A stretch of 64,000 nucleotides of DNA from an uncultured bacterium (GTDB lineage Bacteria; Verrucomicrobiota; Verrucomicrobiia; Limisphaerales; UBA8199): assembly GCA_963749495.1 (NCBI GenBank), contig CAVVMW010000015.1, forward strand, positions 32,001 through 96,000, given 5' to 3'. A program made the position numbers and the translations under genes. This document shows positions 1 through 11,160 of this stretch, piece by piece (the stretch's first letter is position 1; each line of letters begins with the position of its first letter). Below the pieces are notes generated by a model, which had not been told where the DNA came from, searched no databases, and saw only the letters and a program-made list of their open reading frames with translations.

Positions 1-461
1 GGCGTCCCTATGTGATTCCTAAGCTCGCGCCTGTCGCCCCTGTCCCGCCACTCGCCATGTACGACAGGACCTGAACTCGACCCGCGGATCGTCCAATAGT
101 AATCTTCGTAGTGGCCAAGGACCAACGTAGATATGCCGGGCGCAACGGGGTTGGTCAGCGCCGACCTGCTGGGCGCCTGCCTCAAAACGCAGGCGCCCGG
201 CTGCCATCGAAGCCACATCCACCGGGTCTCGCCGCCCTTGTCGGGCGCATATTGGTACTCGCATTCCAACTCCTCGATAACTGGCGGGGAGGCCACGAAA
301 CTCTTGAAATCAGTTCCCCCCTCGCTCCCGGACGGGCCGCCGATGACGCCAGCCAGGGCCAGTAGGGCCACAGCCAGCCTTGCCTGCGGGGACGCGCGGG
401 CTGGGCCGCGGTGGTGTGCCTGTTGGGCGTAACTGCCCCATCCACGGGCGCGCAAGCTCAT
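1..461 (-). CDS. Hypothetical exported protein, partial (runs off the window start)
   Basis: Manual translation from ATG at 461: MSLRARGWG...RLAVALLALAGVIGG...; no stop before position 1; hydrophobic signal-like stretch. Confidence 0.45.
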   Translation of the reverse strand, partial: MSLRARGWGSYAQQAHHRGPARASPQARLAVALLALAGVIGGPSGSEGGTDFKSFVASPPVIEELECEYQYAPDKGGETRWMWLRWQPGACVLRQAPSRSALTNPVAPGISTLVLGHYEDYYWTIRGSSSGPVVHGEWRDRGDRRELRNHIGT

Positions 462-575
462 GGTTCTTTTTACCACGAAGGCCAAGGCCAAGCGAAGCCC
501 AGACTTAGGGTAGGGCCTTGGGTAGGAGCGAGGGTACGCAGCGGGGACGACGCGGCACGGCGCCGCTCACCAGCC

Positions 576-1544
576 TTAGCGGCAAGGGGATTGGGCCGCC
601 GCCTGAGGGGGATTGGCTTCTACGAGGCGGACAAAGGATGGCTGAGCAGCCACGCTGACCAGCGGAGGGGGTCCGTGGACCCGTTTGGGGCTGTACTGGG
701 CGCCCTTTGGTGGATCATCCATCCCCGCATTGCGGGCATCGGGCGTGCGGTTTAGCATGTTTGTGCCTGGCCGGGCCCCGCACGTCAACAGGGAGACCAG
801 AGCCGCGCGACCATGCACGCGGAGCCGCTTGTAAATAGCCTTCGCATGGGCGTGGGCAGTTTGGACGGAGATCTTCAGACCGAGCGCGGTGTCCTTCTCT
901 GTGCCCCTGCAGAGCCAGAGGGAGACATCTTCCTCGCGCCGCGTCAAATGCTCGCAGCCAGGCTCGTCCTCCGCGGCGCGGAGACGTTCGATCACCTCCC
1001 AGCGGGCTTGTTTGCACAGGAAAAGCCCCCCGCGGACGGCCTCCTTCATTGCGCTAAGGAGCTGTTCGTCCGGGGCCTTTTCAAAAACGCACCCTGCGGC
1101 TCCCGCCGCAAGGATCGAGAAGACCGAGGTGCCCTCCAGAGCCGGGCTGTGTACCACGATGGGCACGAGGGGCGCGAGGAATTTGAATTTCCTCGCGGAG
1201 GCACAGGCGAAGGCCGGCGTGGTCTCATGGAGCAAGGCCACGGCGTGCCTGCGGCGCGCAAGCTCGGACTCAGCCGCTTCCGGGTTTGGGAAGGCACCGG
1301 CGAGGCGCAGGCCCTCGACGCTGCCGATGAGCGCCCCGAGCCGCTTGCGATCGGTTCCGCTGCGCGCGATCACGTAAACGGGGAGGGGCGCATCCCCTTG
1401 CGGCTGGGGTCTAGCCGGAGGCATGGTCGTGACTGGTGCTGGGGGGCATGGCAGGGGTATTGTCGAGTCCTCTCGGAGCCAGCATCCCTGAGGGCTTGCC
1501 CGGCCAAGTGTCCCAGACCTCTTCCTCTGAGGCAAGGTCTTCAT
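576..1544 (-). CDS. NarL/LuxR-family response regulator-like protein (degenerate receiver + LuxR HTH)
   Basis: Receiver-like segment (SILAAGAAGCVFEKAP...) then LTRREEDV...LKISVQTAHAHAKAIYKRLRVHGR; start uncertain (1544 or 1423). Confidence 0.75.
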   Translation of the reverse strand: MKTLPQRKRSGTLGRASPQGCWLREDSTIPLPCPPAPVTTMPPARPQPQGDAPLPVYVIARSGTDRKRLGALIGSVEGLRLAGAFPNPEAAESELARRRHAVALLHETTPAFACASARKFKFLAPLVPIVVHSPALEGTSVFSILAAGAAGCVFEKAPDEQLLSAMKEAVRGGLFLCKQARWEVIERLRAAEDEPGCEHLTRREEDVSLWLCRGTEKDTALGLKISVQTAHAHAKAIYKRLRVHGRAALVSLLTCGARPGTNMLNRTPDARNAGMDDPPKGAQYSPKRVHGPPPLVSVAAQPSFVRLVEANPPQAAAQSPCR

Positions 1545-1552
1545 AGCTCGCG

Positions 1553-1581
1553 AGGCTAGCAAGAGCCCGGCCTTTTGTCAA
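1553..1581 (-). promoter_or_regulatory. Sigma70-like promoter of the LuxR gene
   Basis: TTGACA-17 nt-TAGCCT on the minus strand, 8 nt upstream of ATG 1544. Confidence 0.45.
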
Positions 1582-1818
1582 TGCGAAACTTCACCGGAAT
1601 AACGACGCGAATTGAACTCGACACTCGCCCGCTATTGCCTGCCAGAGCCGCAGTAGGAGAAGCGGTGTAGCTTGAGCATCTACCGCAGGAACCTCGAGGA
1701 CCTCTGCGAGGAACACCGCATCGAGCTGAACCACCACCACGCCCTCTCCGCGACTTGGCGAAGTCACGGACCTCCGGTGTGGGCGGTGCCAGCCTTTGAA
1801 AGGGGCGCGTGGTTGTGG

Positions 1819-2439
1819 CTATAGAGCCGGCTGGAGCCAGACCGGAATTGGTTGCTTGAGCAGCACGGCGCATCCATCCGCAAAAATCGCAACGTGGCGA
1901 AAAGGGGTTCGAAGATCATCGTTGTCGAACACCAAAACGCAAGGCAGTTCACGGATGGCCGCCTTGAGATTAGCGAGGGTACGAGGGAAACGCGCAATCA
2001 ACTTTTCCCTCGGCACATCGTGTCCCCCTTGGGAAACGCGAATCGCAACACGTTCTTCGGAAGCCTTGGCGCCCCCAATCCCAATGAAACAGAGCACCAC
2101 GGCATAACCCAACTGGACGGTTTGTTTCAGGAAGGCCAGTTTGTCTCCAACAGGATCCGAAAACACGGTTTCGAAGACGAAACTTTCGCGCTGCTCAACC
2201 AACTCATGGCGCAGCGCGGCGAGCATGCGCGCAGCTTCGTAGGCGTCAGCCTCCAGTTCTTTGGCGAGCACATCGGCGTTGAGGAAGCGCAGACCACTGG
2301 GTTTGAGGTGCGCTTCAAAGAATGTGGTCTTTCCCGCGCCGTTCGGCCCGGCGAGAGCCACGACGATCGGACGACGATCCAAATATCCGGCCCAGGAATT
2401 CGCGCCAGTCCCCTCCGCACCACGGCCTCCGGGCTTCAC
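1819..2439 (-). CDS. Zeta-toxin-like / COG4185 P-loop ATPase (putative toxin)
   Basis: Walker A GPNGAGKTT, FLNAD, SFVFETVFS, RVSQGGHDVP, VFDN motifs; start overlaps the upstream stop (GTGA). Confidence 0.85.
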   Translation of the reverse strand: MKPGGRGAEGTGANSWAGYLDRRPIVVALAGPNGAGKTTFFEAHLKPSGLRFLNADVLAKELEADAYEAARMLAALRHELVEQRESFVFETVFSDPVGDKLAFLKQTVQLGYAVVLCFIGIGGAKASEERVAIRVSQGGHDVPREKLIARFPRTLANLKAAIRELPCVLVFDNDDLRTPFRHVAIFADGCAVLLKQPIPVWLQPAL

Positions 2440-2813
2440 CGTGTTGCCTTCTTCACGGCCTGGAACTGGCGGTTGACGAACCGGCCCAGCGTGCGCTTGC
2501 CGTCGGCGTCGATCTTGATCAAGAGTCCGGGTGAGTCGGCTGGTTCGTAATGCGGATAAGGCCGGGTCTTGAGGTGTTCAACGACCCGCCGGCGCCCCGC
2601 CGGGGAATCCACTGACTGGAGGCATTCCGAAAGCGGTCTTGAATCGCCCGCCCGGCACAAGGCAAGGGCCTGGTCGCCCCGCAAAAGGGGTTCGATAGCG
2701 CGCCCCAGCCGGGCCCAGAATTCAATTTGGCCGGCGATCGATCGGTCAGCGACTTCCGCCGTCAGACGCGCATCCAGCACCAAGGTGTCTGAGACTTTAA
2801 CCGGTTGACTCAT
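2436..2813 (-). CDS. ParD-like antitoxin (RHH-type N-terminus)
   Basis: MSQPVKVSDTLVLDAR...RSIAGQIEFWARLGRAIE is typical of the ParD-like family; coupled to the ATPase. Confidence 0.75.
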   Translation of the reverse strand: MSQPVKVSDTLVLDARLTAEVADRSIAGQIEFWARLGRAIEPLLRGDQALALCRAGDSRPLSECLQSVDSPAGRRRVVEHLKTRPYPHYEPADSPGLLIKIDADGKRTLGRFVNRQFQAVKKATR

Positions 2814-2819
2814 GATGGT

Positions 2820-2848
2820 AAGGTAGCAAAACGCTACCGGCCTGTCAA
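2820..2848 (-). promoter_or_regulatory. Sigma70 promoter with overlapping palindromic operator (TA autoregulation), probably leaderless
   Basis: TTGACA-17 nt-TACCTT, 6 nt before ATG 2813; inverted repeat GGTAGC-AAAAC-GCTACC at 2822-2838. Confidence 0.6.
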
Positions 2849-2872
2849 TAGCTTGTGCCCCGCTTTGAACTG

Positions 2873-2910
2873 GACACTCGACACTCGGCGCTCGACCCTC
2901 GCCCCTCGAC
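2873..2910. repeat. Degenerate heptamer array (CTCGACA/CTCGACC)
   Basis: 7-nt periodic repeat ending just before the mnmE ATG. Confidence 0.75.
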
Positions 2911-2911
2911 T

Positions 2912-4282
2912 ATGTTCGATGACACGATAGTGGCGATTGCGACGCCGCTGGGAGAGGGAGGGCTGGCCGTGGTCCGGCTCTCGGGCCCGGAGGCGCTGGC
3001 CATGGCCGATCGGTGTTTCGTGCCTGTGGGCAAGGGGGCGGTCCTGCCCTCGGCCGCGCCGACGCACACAATCCGTTTCGGCCACATCGTGCGCGACGGC
3101 CAGGTGGTGGACGAGGTCCTGGTCGCGGTGATGCGCGCGCCCCGGACGTTCACCCGCGAGGACGTGGTCGAGATCACCTGCCACGGCGGCGTTCTCCCTG
3201 CCAAGACCGTCCTGGATACCGTGCTGGCCAAGGGCGCGCGCCTGGCCGAGCCGGGGGAGTTCACGCGGCGCGCCTTTCTCAACGGGCGTATCGATTTGGC
3301 CCAGGCGGAAGCGGTGGCGGACCTGATCCACTCCCGGACGGAGCTGGCGTTGCGCGCCGCCAACGAACAACTGGCCGGCAAGCTCTCCGGGCGGATCAAC
3401 CGGCTCAGGGATGAACTGCTCCAGACGCTCGCCCACGTCGAGGCGCACATCGATTTCCCGGAGGAGGACATTGCGCCGGATACCCGCGACCAACTCCTGG
3501 AGCGCCTCGGGCGCGGGGTGGCCTTCATGGACCAATTGCTGCGCACCGCCGCCGAAGGCCAGGTCCTGCGCCGCGGCATCCGCGCCGCCATCATCGGCCG
3601 GCCCAACGCCGGCAAGTCCAGCCTCCTCAACCAACTCCTGGGCCGCGACCGCGCCATCGTCTCCGCCATCCCCGGCACCACCCGCGACACCATCGAAGAG
3701 ACCGCCAATATCCGCGGCCTGCCCGTCGTGCTCATCGATACGGCCGGCCTGCGCGAGGCCCGCGACGAAATCGAACTCGAGGGCGTCCGCCGCAGCCGCC
3801 AATCCCTCGGCCAGGCCGAGTGCATCCTGCACGTCTTGGACGCCTCCGAACCGCTGACCGAGGCCGACGCTGCTCACCTGGCCGAGTTCGCCGGCAAGCA
3901 GCGCATCCTGGTCCGCAACAAGATCAACCTGCCGCCCCGGCTCGACTTGCCGCCCGGCCTGGCCGCGCCGGTCGTCGATGTCTGCTGCCTGACAGCGCAG
4001 GGGATCGAGGCGCTCAAAGACGCCATCAAGGAACTGGCCTGGTCCGGCGAAATCCGGGCCGAGATCCTCGAGGTCATGATCAACTCCCGCCATCAGGACG
4101 CCCTGAACCGCGCCCGCGCCGCGGCCCTGCGCGCCGCCGACGCCCTGCGCTCCGGCCAAACCCTCGAACTGGCCGCCATGGACCTGCGCATCGCCGTCAA
4201 TGCCGTCGGAGAGATCGTCGGAAAAACCACTACCGAGGACCTGCTCGACATGATCTTCAGCCAGTTCTGTGTAGGGAAGTAG
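2912..4282 (+). CDS. mnmE: tRNA modification GTPase MnmE
   Basis: DTIVAIATP, FTREDVVEITCHGG, GRPNAGKSS, GTTRD, DTAG, NKIN, C-terminal FSQFCVGK. Confidence 0.97.
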   Translation: MFDDTIVAIATPLGEGGLAVVRLSGPEALAMADRCFVPVGKGAVLPSAAPTHTIRFGHIVRDGQVVDEVLVAVMRAPRTFTREDVVEITCHGGVLPAKTVLDTVLAKGARLAEPGEFTRRAFLNGRIDLAQAEAVADLIHSRTELALRAANEQLAGKLSGRINRLRDELLQTLAHVEAHIDFPEEDIAPDTRDQLLERLGRGVAFMDQLLRTAAEGQVLRRGIRAAIIGRPNAGKSSLLNQLLGRDRAIVSAIPGTTRDTIEETANIRGLPVVLIDTAGLREARDEIELEGVRRSRQSLGQAECILHVLDASEPLTEADAAHLAEFAGKQRILVRNKINLPPRLDLPPGLAAPVVDVCCLTAQGIEALKDAIKELAWSGEIRAEILEVMINSRHQDALNRARAAALRAADALRSGQTLELAAMDLRIAVNAVGEIVGKTTTEDLLDMIFSQFCVGK

Positions 4283-4301
4283 GCGCCTGGGCCTGCCTTG
4301 G

Positions 4302-4432
4302 GGACAAAAAGGACAAAAGCGACATAAGGGACAAAAGGGACTCGGCACGCCCGAATCCGCTTTTCGTCATTCGTCATTCGTCATTCGTCATTCGTCATTC
4401 GTCATTCGTCATTCGTCATTCGTCATTCGTCA
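4302..4432. repeat. Nonamer array (GACAAAAGG-like, 4302-4340) followed by (TTCGTCA)x10 (4363-4432)
   Basis: Read directly; the last heptamer supplies the TGA stop of the GH127 gene on the minus strand. Confidence 0.95.
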
Positions 4433-6812
4433 TTTGTCCTTAAACGCCTGCAGTTCAGCGCAGGAGGCAAAGGCCTGTTTGGGGTTGTCGCCACAGGCGG
4501 GTTTGCCGAGGACGCGGATGGCCAGGGCCTTGAGCGGGTTGGGGAGCTTGAGGGTGAAGAGTTCACCGCCTTTGAGGTTGGCGGGGTCGGTGGCGGTGGT
4601 GGCGGGATAATCCTGGAGTTCGCCAATCGTTTCCCATTGGGCGTCCTTGTCGGCCTTGGTCTGGACTCGAGGCTTGCCGGCGCTGGCATCGAACCAGCCG
4701 CCATTGTGGAAGGTGCCGCCGTGGGCGAAGACGACGCGGGTGAAGGCGGCGGGCTCGTCAAGGGTGGCGGCGAACCAATCCTCATCGGCAGGTTTGCCGT
4801 CGAAGGTCACGACCGCGGTGGCGAGGTTGTCGTCGGTGATGGAGCCGAAGCGGTTGCCTTTGCGGGAGCGGGACTCCGTCGCATCGTAGAGCAAGTTGGC
4901 CGCGGTGATCAGGCCCACCGGCATCCAGATTTTGTAATGGCTGCCGGTGCAACCGGCGTCGGCGAAGGGGACCATGCGGATGGGGAAACGTGTGCCGGCC
5001 GGCAAGGGGCCGGTCGCGCGGCGGGCGAAACCGGCGATGCGAAAGACCTGCGCGGCCGGCCAGGTCTGGAACTGGCCGGAGGCGGATTCCGGAGCGAACT
5101 CGAGGCTGGCCAGCCGCTGATCCTCCACGCCGATGACCCTGAAGTTGACATTGGTGACGCCCAGCAGGGCCTCGTCGGCGGCCAGGACCAAGGGGCCGTA
5201 GAGCAGGGCAACCTTGCCCTCGTTGATGTGGTTGCCAGCTAAGAGGGCCGGTTGGAGCCTGAACTCGATCTCGATTTGGTCATGCCGGCTCCACTTTCGA
5301 GTGATGGCGATGTAGCCTCGCAACTCCGGTGTCTCAGGCAGAATGTTGCCATTGAGGCGGACCAGGGTGCTGGGGCACCAGGCCGGTTTGCGCAATTTCA
5401 CCATGAACGGTTTTCGGGAGGACGACTCGACGAAGATGCCGACCCGGCCGTCGGTCGGGAAGGTGGACCGGAGAGTGACGCCGACGGGAGTCTTGTCGCG
5501 GAGGTTGAGCCGGGCGATGGCCTCATCGTAGAGATTGACGACCACGCCATCCTCGTCGGTGGTGATGGCGAAGGTGGGAATGAGGGCCAGGCCGCGCGGG
5601 CCGCTGGAGAGGCAGCACTGGCCGTCGAGGCTGCTGGTGTAGGGCTTTGTGCCCTCCATCTCGACGTAATACCCCCAGGCAGCGCCGTCGGGGCGCTGGG
5701 CGCCCATGAGTTGGTTGAGGATGACGTGTTCGAGTTGGTCGGCGAAGCGCGCCTCGCCGGTCAGGCGCAGCAACTGGGCGTTGAACTGGAGCCAGGTCAC
5801 GGTGACGCAGGTCTCGCCGACGTTGCCGACATTGGGCAGGTCGAAATCGTCATGGAAGAGTTCCCCGTAGCTGGCGGCGCCGGTAAGGTAAAGGCGGTTG
5901 TCGACAATGTCCTGCCAGGCATTGAGGCAGGCCTCCAGGAGGCGGTGATCGCCGGTCGTGCGGTAGTATTCGAGCGCGCCGTTGAGACAGGAGAGCATCT
6001 CATAGGCCTTGCCGTTGGCGACTTTGTCGACCCGTTTGAGGGTGAGCAGGGTCGAGACGATCTTGGGTCCGTTGGGCTGCTCCCAGGCGCGGAGGATGTA
6101 ATCGCAGAATTCGAGATAGCTCTGCTCACCGGTCAGGCGATAGAGCAGGACCATCGGTTCGAGCACGCTGGTCGGGGCCATGCCGACGTGGTGGCCGGCG
6201 CGGAGGATGTCGCGTTTGCCCGGCGTATCGCCGAAGGTGGCACAAAGGAGATCGCCCATCAGGCGGCAGGCCGGCAGAGGGTCGAGGTTGCCGGTGTAGC
6301 GCATGTAAGTGATCAGGCCGATGAGGTTGTATTTGTGGGACCAGAACGTCCCAGTCGGTCCAGCGGTCCTTGTCGAGATAGGTGCCCAGATAGCCGTCTG
6401 GGAGTTGGCACTTGACCAGTTCGGCGGCAACGTAATCCAGCTTTTGGCGCAAGGCCGGGTCCTGGGTATTGACCCAGGCCAGGGTCGCGGCATGGAGCCA
6501 TTTGCCGACGTGCTCGCCGTCGTAGGACTGGCGGCCGGGCCGCTTGCGGTAGCCCTCCAGGAGGCGCGCCGGATCGAGCTTGACCAGGCGGTTGGCTTCG
6601 TTGACCTCGATGCGCCGGCCCACCCAGCCGCTCAGACTGGCGCGGTCGGGCGCCTGGGAGTCCTGCCGGTCCGCGACCATCGGAGTGATCCGATCCGCCA
6701 CGCAAGAATCCGCGGCCTGGACCGAGCCGGCCGTGGCGGCCAGGAGCAACACGGCTCTCACGAGTGCGGTGGGATGATTCGGGAGAAGGAGGAGAAGATG
6801 TTGTCGATTCAT
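4430..6812 (-). CDS. GH127 (DUF1680) beta-L-arabinofuranosidase-like protein with C-terminal beta-sandwich; one frameshift near 6345
   Basis: Signal peptide, GEHVGKWLHAA, WDV/WSHKYNLIGL across the frameshift, KAYEM, ETCVTVTW, CCLSSGPRG, YGPLVLA. Confidence 0.88.
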
Positions 6813-6872
6813 CGTCGTGCCTTTGTTGGAGTGCAGTCTAACCTCGAAGGGCTCCACGAGGCAAGGGAAAGA

Positions 6873-7038
6873 AGTGCGGAGTGAGGAATGCGGAGTGCGG
6901 AGTGCGCCGGTGGGGGCGCCAGGGAAATGACGAATGACGAATGACGAATGACGAATGACGAGCGGCGGCTCGTCTGTGGGACCGCTGGCGAGTCGAGGCC
7001 GTGGCGTCCCTTTCGTCCCTTTTGCCCCTTTTGTCCTT
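6873..7038. repeat. Heptamer arrays (GTGCGGA)n and (AATGACG)x5 (6926-6960), then nonamer (CCTTTTGTC-like)n
   Basis: Read directly; the AATGACG and nonamer arrays are reverse complements of those at 4302-4432. Confidence 0.9.
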
Positions 7039-7039
7039 C

Positions 7040-7402
7040 TCAGAACCCCGGCCCAAGTGGGGTGCTCTGGAGCAGGAGCACCTGGACGCTCTGGGTCGAG
7101 CCGTCAGAGGCGAGCGCGACGACGGCTTCGATGTCGCCATGGCCAAGTCCCCGGCGGGTCCGCCAGAGCCAGTGGCCGTTGGTCCAGAGCGCGGCGGGGC
7201 CGCTCACGAAGGGCTCGCAATGGTAGAGCAGCATCGCCTGCTGATTGGCCAGGCTGCGGGCCATTTGGGTGGCCTCGGCAGCTTCCATGGGCAGGGCTGG
7301 CTGGGCGCCGCCGGCGGGTTGGGACGTAGGGGCCTTTTGGCAGGCGGGCAGAGCCAGCAGCAGAAGCAGCAATGCGGCAGCGCGCCAGAGCTTGGTTTTC
7401 AT
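7040..7402 (-). CDS. Small hypothetical lipoprotein
   Basis: [21 protein letters not shown] lipobox; ATG overlaps the amidase stop. Confidence 0.7.
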   Translation of the reverse strand: MKTKLWRAAALLLLLLALPACQKAPTSQPAGGAQPALPMEAAEATQMARSLANQQAMLLYHCEPFVSGPAALWTNGHWLWRTRRGLGHGDIEAVVALASDGSTQSVQVLLLQSTPLGPGF

Positions 7403-9038
7403 AGTCTGCTCGGGGTTTGAATCGAGGGGAGAAACCGCGGGGGCCGGCGGGCGTTGGTGGCCTGCTCGAAGGCATAAGCCAGGCGAATCAATCCCGGCTC
7501 GGCCCAGGCGCGCCCGAAGAAGGAGATGCCGACGGGCAACCCGAAGACCTGGCCCAGGGGAACGGTGATGCTCGGGTAGCCGGCGACAGCGGCAGGGGTT
7601 GTGCTGTCGCCCAGGCCATGGTCGCCGGTGACCCAATCGGTGAGGTGGGCCGGGCCGGAGGTGGGGGCGATGACGGCGTCGAGTTGGTGCTTGTCCATGG
7701 CGGCATCGATCCCCTCGGTGCGCGCCATGCGGCGGCACGTGGCCAGGGCGTCGAGATAGGCCCGGTCGGTCAACGGTCCCTTGGCCTGGGCCTTGAGAAA
7801 CTCCTCCTGGCCGAACCAGAGCAGTTCCTGGGCACTGCAGCGCTGGTTGAAGGCGATGACCTCGTCCAGGGAATGGAGCGGCGCGTTGGGGCCGAGGGCG
7901 GCCAGGTAGGCGCCCAGGCCGGCCTTGAACTCGTAGCTCAACACCTCGGCCTCAGCCTCGTTGAGTTTGTCCGCCTTGGGAATGGAGACCGGGTCGATCA
8001 CCTCGGCCCCGGCGCGTCTCATTTGCGCCAGGGCCGACTCCATCAGGGCGTCCACGGCGCGATGGAAACCGAAGAAGGCGCGGGCGATGCCGAGACGGGC
8101 GCCGCGCAGGCCCCCGGGGTCCAGACCGGCGCAGAAATCGGCGGGGGCCTTCTCTGAGGCGGGGGCGGTGGCGGGGTCGCGCGGGTCGGGCCGGCGATGA
8201 CCGAGAGCAGGAGGGCGGCATCCGCGACTGTGCGTGCCATGGGACCGGCGGTATCCTGGCTGTGGGCGATCGGGATGATCCCGGGCTGGCTGACCAGGCC
8301 GACGGTGGGTTTGATGCCGACGATGCCATTGTAGGAAGACGGCGAGAGGATGGAACCGTCGGTCTCGGTGCCGATGGCGGCGGCGCAAAGATTGGCGGCG
8401 ACGGCGACGGCGGAGCCGGAACTGGAGCCGGAGGGATTGCGGTCCAGGGCGTAGGGGTTGCGCGTCTGGCCGCCGCGCCCGCTCCAACCGCTGGTCGAGA
8501 GCGAGCCGCGGAAGTTGGCCCACTCGCTGAGGTTGGTCTTTCCGAGGATAAGCGCCCCGGCGGCGCGGAGCCTCTCGACCAGCCAGGCGTCGCGCGCCGG
8601 AATCGAGCCCGCCAGGGCGAGCGAGCCGGCGGTGGTGCTCATGCGGTCGTGGGTATCGATGTTGTCCTTTATGAGGATGGGGATGCCGTGGAGCGGGCCG
8701 CGCGGGTCTTTGGCTTTGCGTTCACGATCCAGCTCGGCCGCAATGGCCAGGGCGTCGGGGTTCAATTCTATGACGGCGTTCAGGGCGGGGCCGCGGCGGT
8801 CGATTTGCTCGATCCGGGCGAGGTACTTTCGGGCCAGCGAGCAGGCCGACTCAGTCCCGGCAGCCATGCGGGCATTGAGTTGGGCGATGGTGATCTCATC
8901 CAGCCCGAACGGCTTCACGGGCCGAGCGTGCCGGCCCGGAGCCGCGGGCCGCTTGTCAGGATTGCGGGCCAGTGCGGAGCCCGACGCCGCCGCAGCGCCG
9001 CCCAGGGCGGTCAGACGCAGAAAACTTCGCCGGTTCAT
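7399..9038 (-). CDS. Tat-exported amidase-signature family amidase, copy 1 (one G missing near 8190)
   Basis: MNRRSFL twin-Arg signal; [40 protein letters not shown]; copy 2 is in frame at the same site. Confidence 0.9.
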
Positions 9039-9180
9039 GATCGGTGCCGTGGCCCGGAGCATAACCCAAACCAGGGCGGGGGAAAAGCGCGAAGTTTGGC
9101 GGTGGAAATAAATAAGGGCAGCAACCTGCCTTGTTCTTTTGCCGCCTCGCTTCTTTGTTCACTCGTTATGCCTTGAGGCC

Positions 9181-9212
9181 CCCTCCTTCGCCGAGGCTGC
9201 GGCGGGCAAGCC
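9181..9212. repeat. Short palindromic repeat (CCTTCGCCGAGGCTGCGGCGGGCAAG type)
   Basis: Small hairpin repeat; resembles, in reverse orientation, the 30-nt insert at 19056-19085. Confidence 0.5.
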
Positions 9213-10265
9213 GCGGGAGGGGCCTTGTGCGCTGCCATCATGCCCCCTCTCCGGGGCTGGAGAGTGCCGCGCTCCACGCCGATGCCGTGCACGGTGGCAC
9301 GGGCAGGATGCGCCCGGCGCCTCCCGGCGGCGCCACAGGGACGTCGTGCGGAGAGATTTTTTATTCTGGTTTGGTTTCATCCACTTTAATCCGGTTTAAT
9401 TGGGCTCGGTTGGGCCATCAGCAGCACAGGCTCCTTGCCGGTGTGCGCACAGTCTTCGAACGGGTTTCTCACGGGCGCCATTGTGCGCGGGGCGCGCGGG
9501 CCTGTCCAAGTCCAGCGCGGACTGTTCGGAGTGTGCGGAGATTTTCTTTGGAGGCGGCAGTGCCCACCCGTCATGGCACCGCCGGGAAGCGCCCCTTGGC
9601 CCCTGCCTGGGCGCGCTTGAGCGTGGAAAATTTGTGGGAATTTCTGGGAATCTCCGGGAAATTGCGGGAAATTGCGGTCGTTTGCCGCAAACCGCGGGAC
9701 GGAGGTGGCTTATGGTTGGGGTCGGTCGGGGGCGGGCTCTGGTGGTTCCGCTGCGGGGCCGGCATCGGCTTTGAGGCGTTGCCGGAGCCGTCCCCTCCAG
9801 AGCCCGTACTCCTCCAATTCTTTACCGTCATGCGGCGAGTCTGCCGTCGGAGGCGCCTGCGTGTCTAACGACTATGCGGATTGTGAGGACTATGCGGCAA
9901 ATTCCTTTCGCGGAGGCGCATTTTACAAGGCTAAAGGCTAAAGTGAAGACCAGCGCTTCGCGCTGGGCCCAACAGCCAAAGGGCTCGCGGCATGGCAGGA
10001 GCGCCGGAGCAAGTGGTCCGGGGCGTCAACCCTGGAGCGAGGGCATTTCTACGGCTTTCCCCACGGTCTGACGCCATTCCCCCAAACCAGCGCCTCCGGA
10101 GCGGGCGTCCAGGACTCCGGCACCTGTGCTGATACTCGTGGCTCCAGGGGGCACAGGCCCGCGACGTCCTCGACGCCAGGGCGACACGACGAATGCGCCG
10201 CTGGGAGGCGCCCAGGGTCCGGTCTGAAAAACCAACCAATCTATGGGCTGACCCCGCGCAGGCGC

Positions 10266-10865
10266 ATGGGCAGTCTCCACTATCCCCGCGGCGTCACCAG
10301 CGCGCTTTGGTGGTTGAACGCCACCAACAATCCGGCCTACCCGGCAGCCACTGCGACCCCCGAGCCGCCCAGCGGCCTGCGCGCGCTGCCCGGCAACCAC
10401 CAGGTCGTCCTGCTCTGGAATGGCACCGCCCTCGCAACGGGCTATAACGTCAAGCGCGCACCGGTCATGGGCGGGCCTTACACACCCATTACCAACAGCA
10501 TCACCGGCGCCAGTTGGGTTGATGCCCGCCTCCTCAACGGCGTCACCTATTATTACGTCGTGACTGCCAGCAACCAAATCGGCGAGGGCCTCCCTTCCGC
10601 GGAGGTTGCCGCGACCCCTTCCGGCACGGTCCCATCAACGGGCACGAACATTGCCGCGACACTCACCGGCCCGAACATCACCCTCTCGTGGCCCTCGAAC
10701 TATGCCGGCTGGATTCTCCAAACGAACGTCCTTGACCTTCGGAACAGCCTCGATTGGGGCGACGTGCCCGGTTCGCAGACCAATTACCGGATGAGCTTCC
10801 CGGCGAGCGATTCGACACGCCCGGCGGAGTTCTTCCGCCTGCGCCATCCGCAGCCCGGACAATGA
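10266..10865 (+). pseudogene. C-terminal fragment of a secreted protein: FN3 domain plus Verrucomicrobia-type terminal domain (...FFRLRHP)
   Basis: PSGLRALPGNHQVVLLW...GYNVKR...TYYYVVTASN is FN3; no signal peptide, begins mid-domain. Confidence 0.6.
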
Positions 10866-11160
10866 CGAATGATAATCTCGATGTGCGCTGCTTATACTTC
10901 ACGAGCTAGCCGTTAATTTTCTTGACTACGCGTAGGGCCTCTGGTCCAATCACAGGCAGGTAACAGGTGGGTACATGTCTCAATCAGGCAATAGGGACAG
11001 GCTGTTGAGGCATTGGGATCTGCCGCTTCGATCCCAAACAGAAGGTCCAGTATCAGCCCACGGGCAGTGCCCTGGCGACCCCCCCCCGCAAATCCGTTTG
11101 CGGTCCCGCGCCGCCGCGCGCTTTCCCCTCCAGGCCTCGGTTCGTTGGTAACCGGTCCCG

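Noticed and set aside
2912..4282. Replication origin near mnmE
   Set aside because: No dnaA, rnpA, yidC or DnaA-box cluster nearby
2834..4348. Long antisense ORFs opposite real genes (also 39320-41713, 47516-49465, 31127-33031)
   Set aside because: Shadow ORFs caused by high GC3; no recognisable motifs
9100..10260. Coding genes or a structured ncRNA in this spacer
   Set aside because: Only short low-complexity 9-10-nt repeats and ORFs without coding signal; nothing supportable
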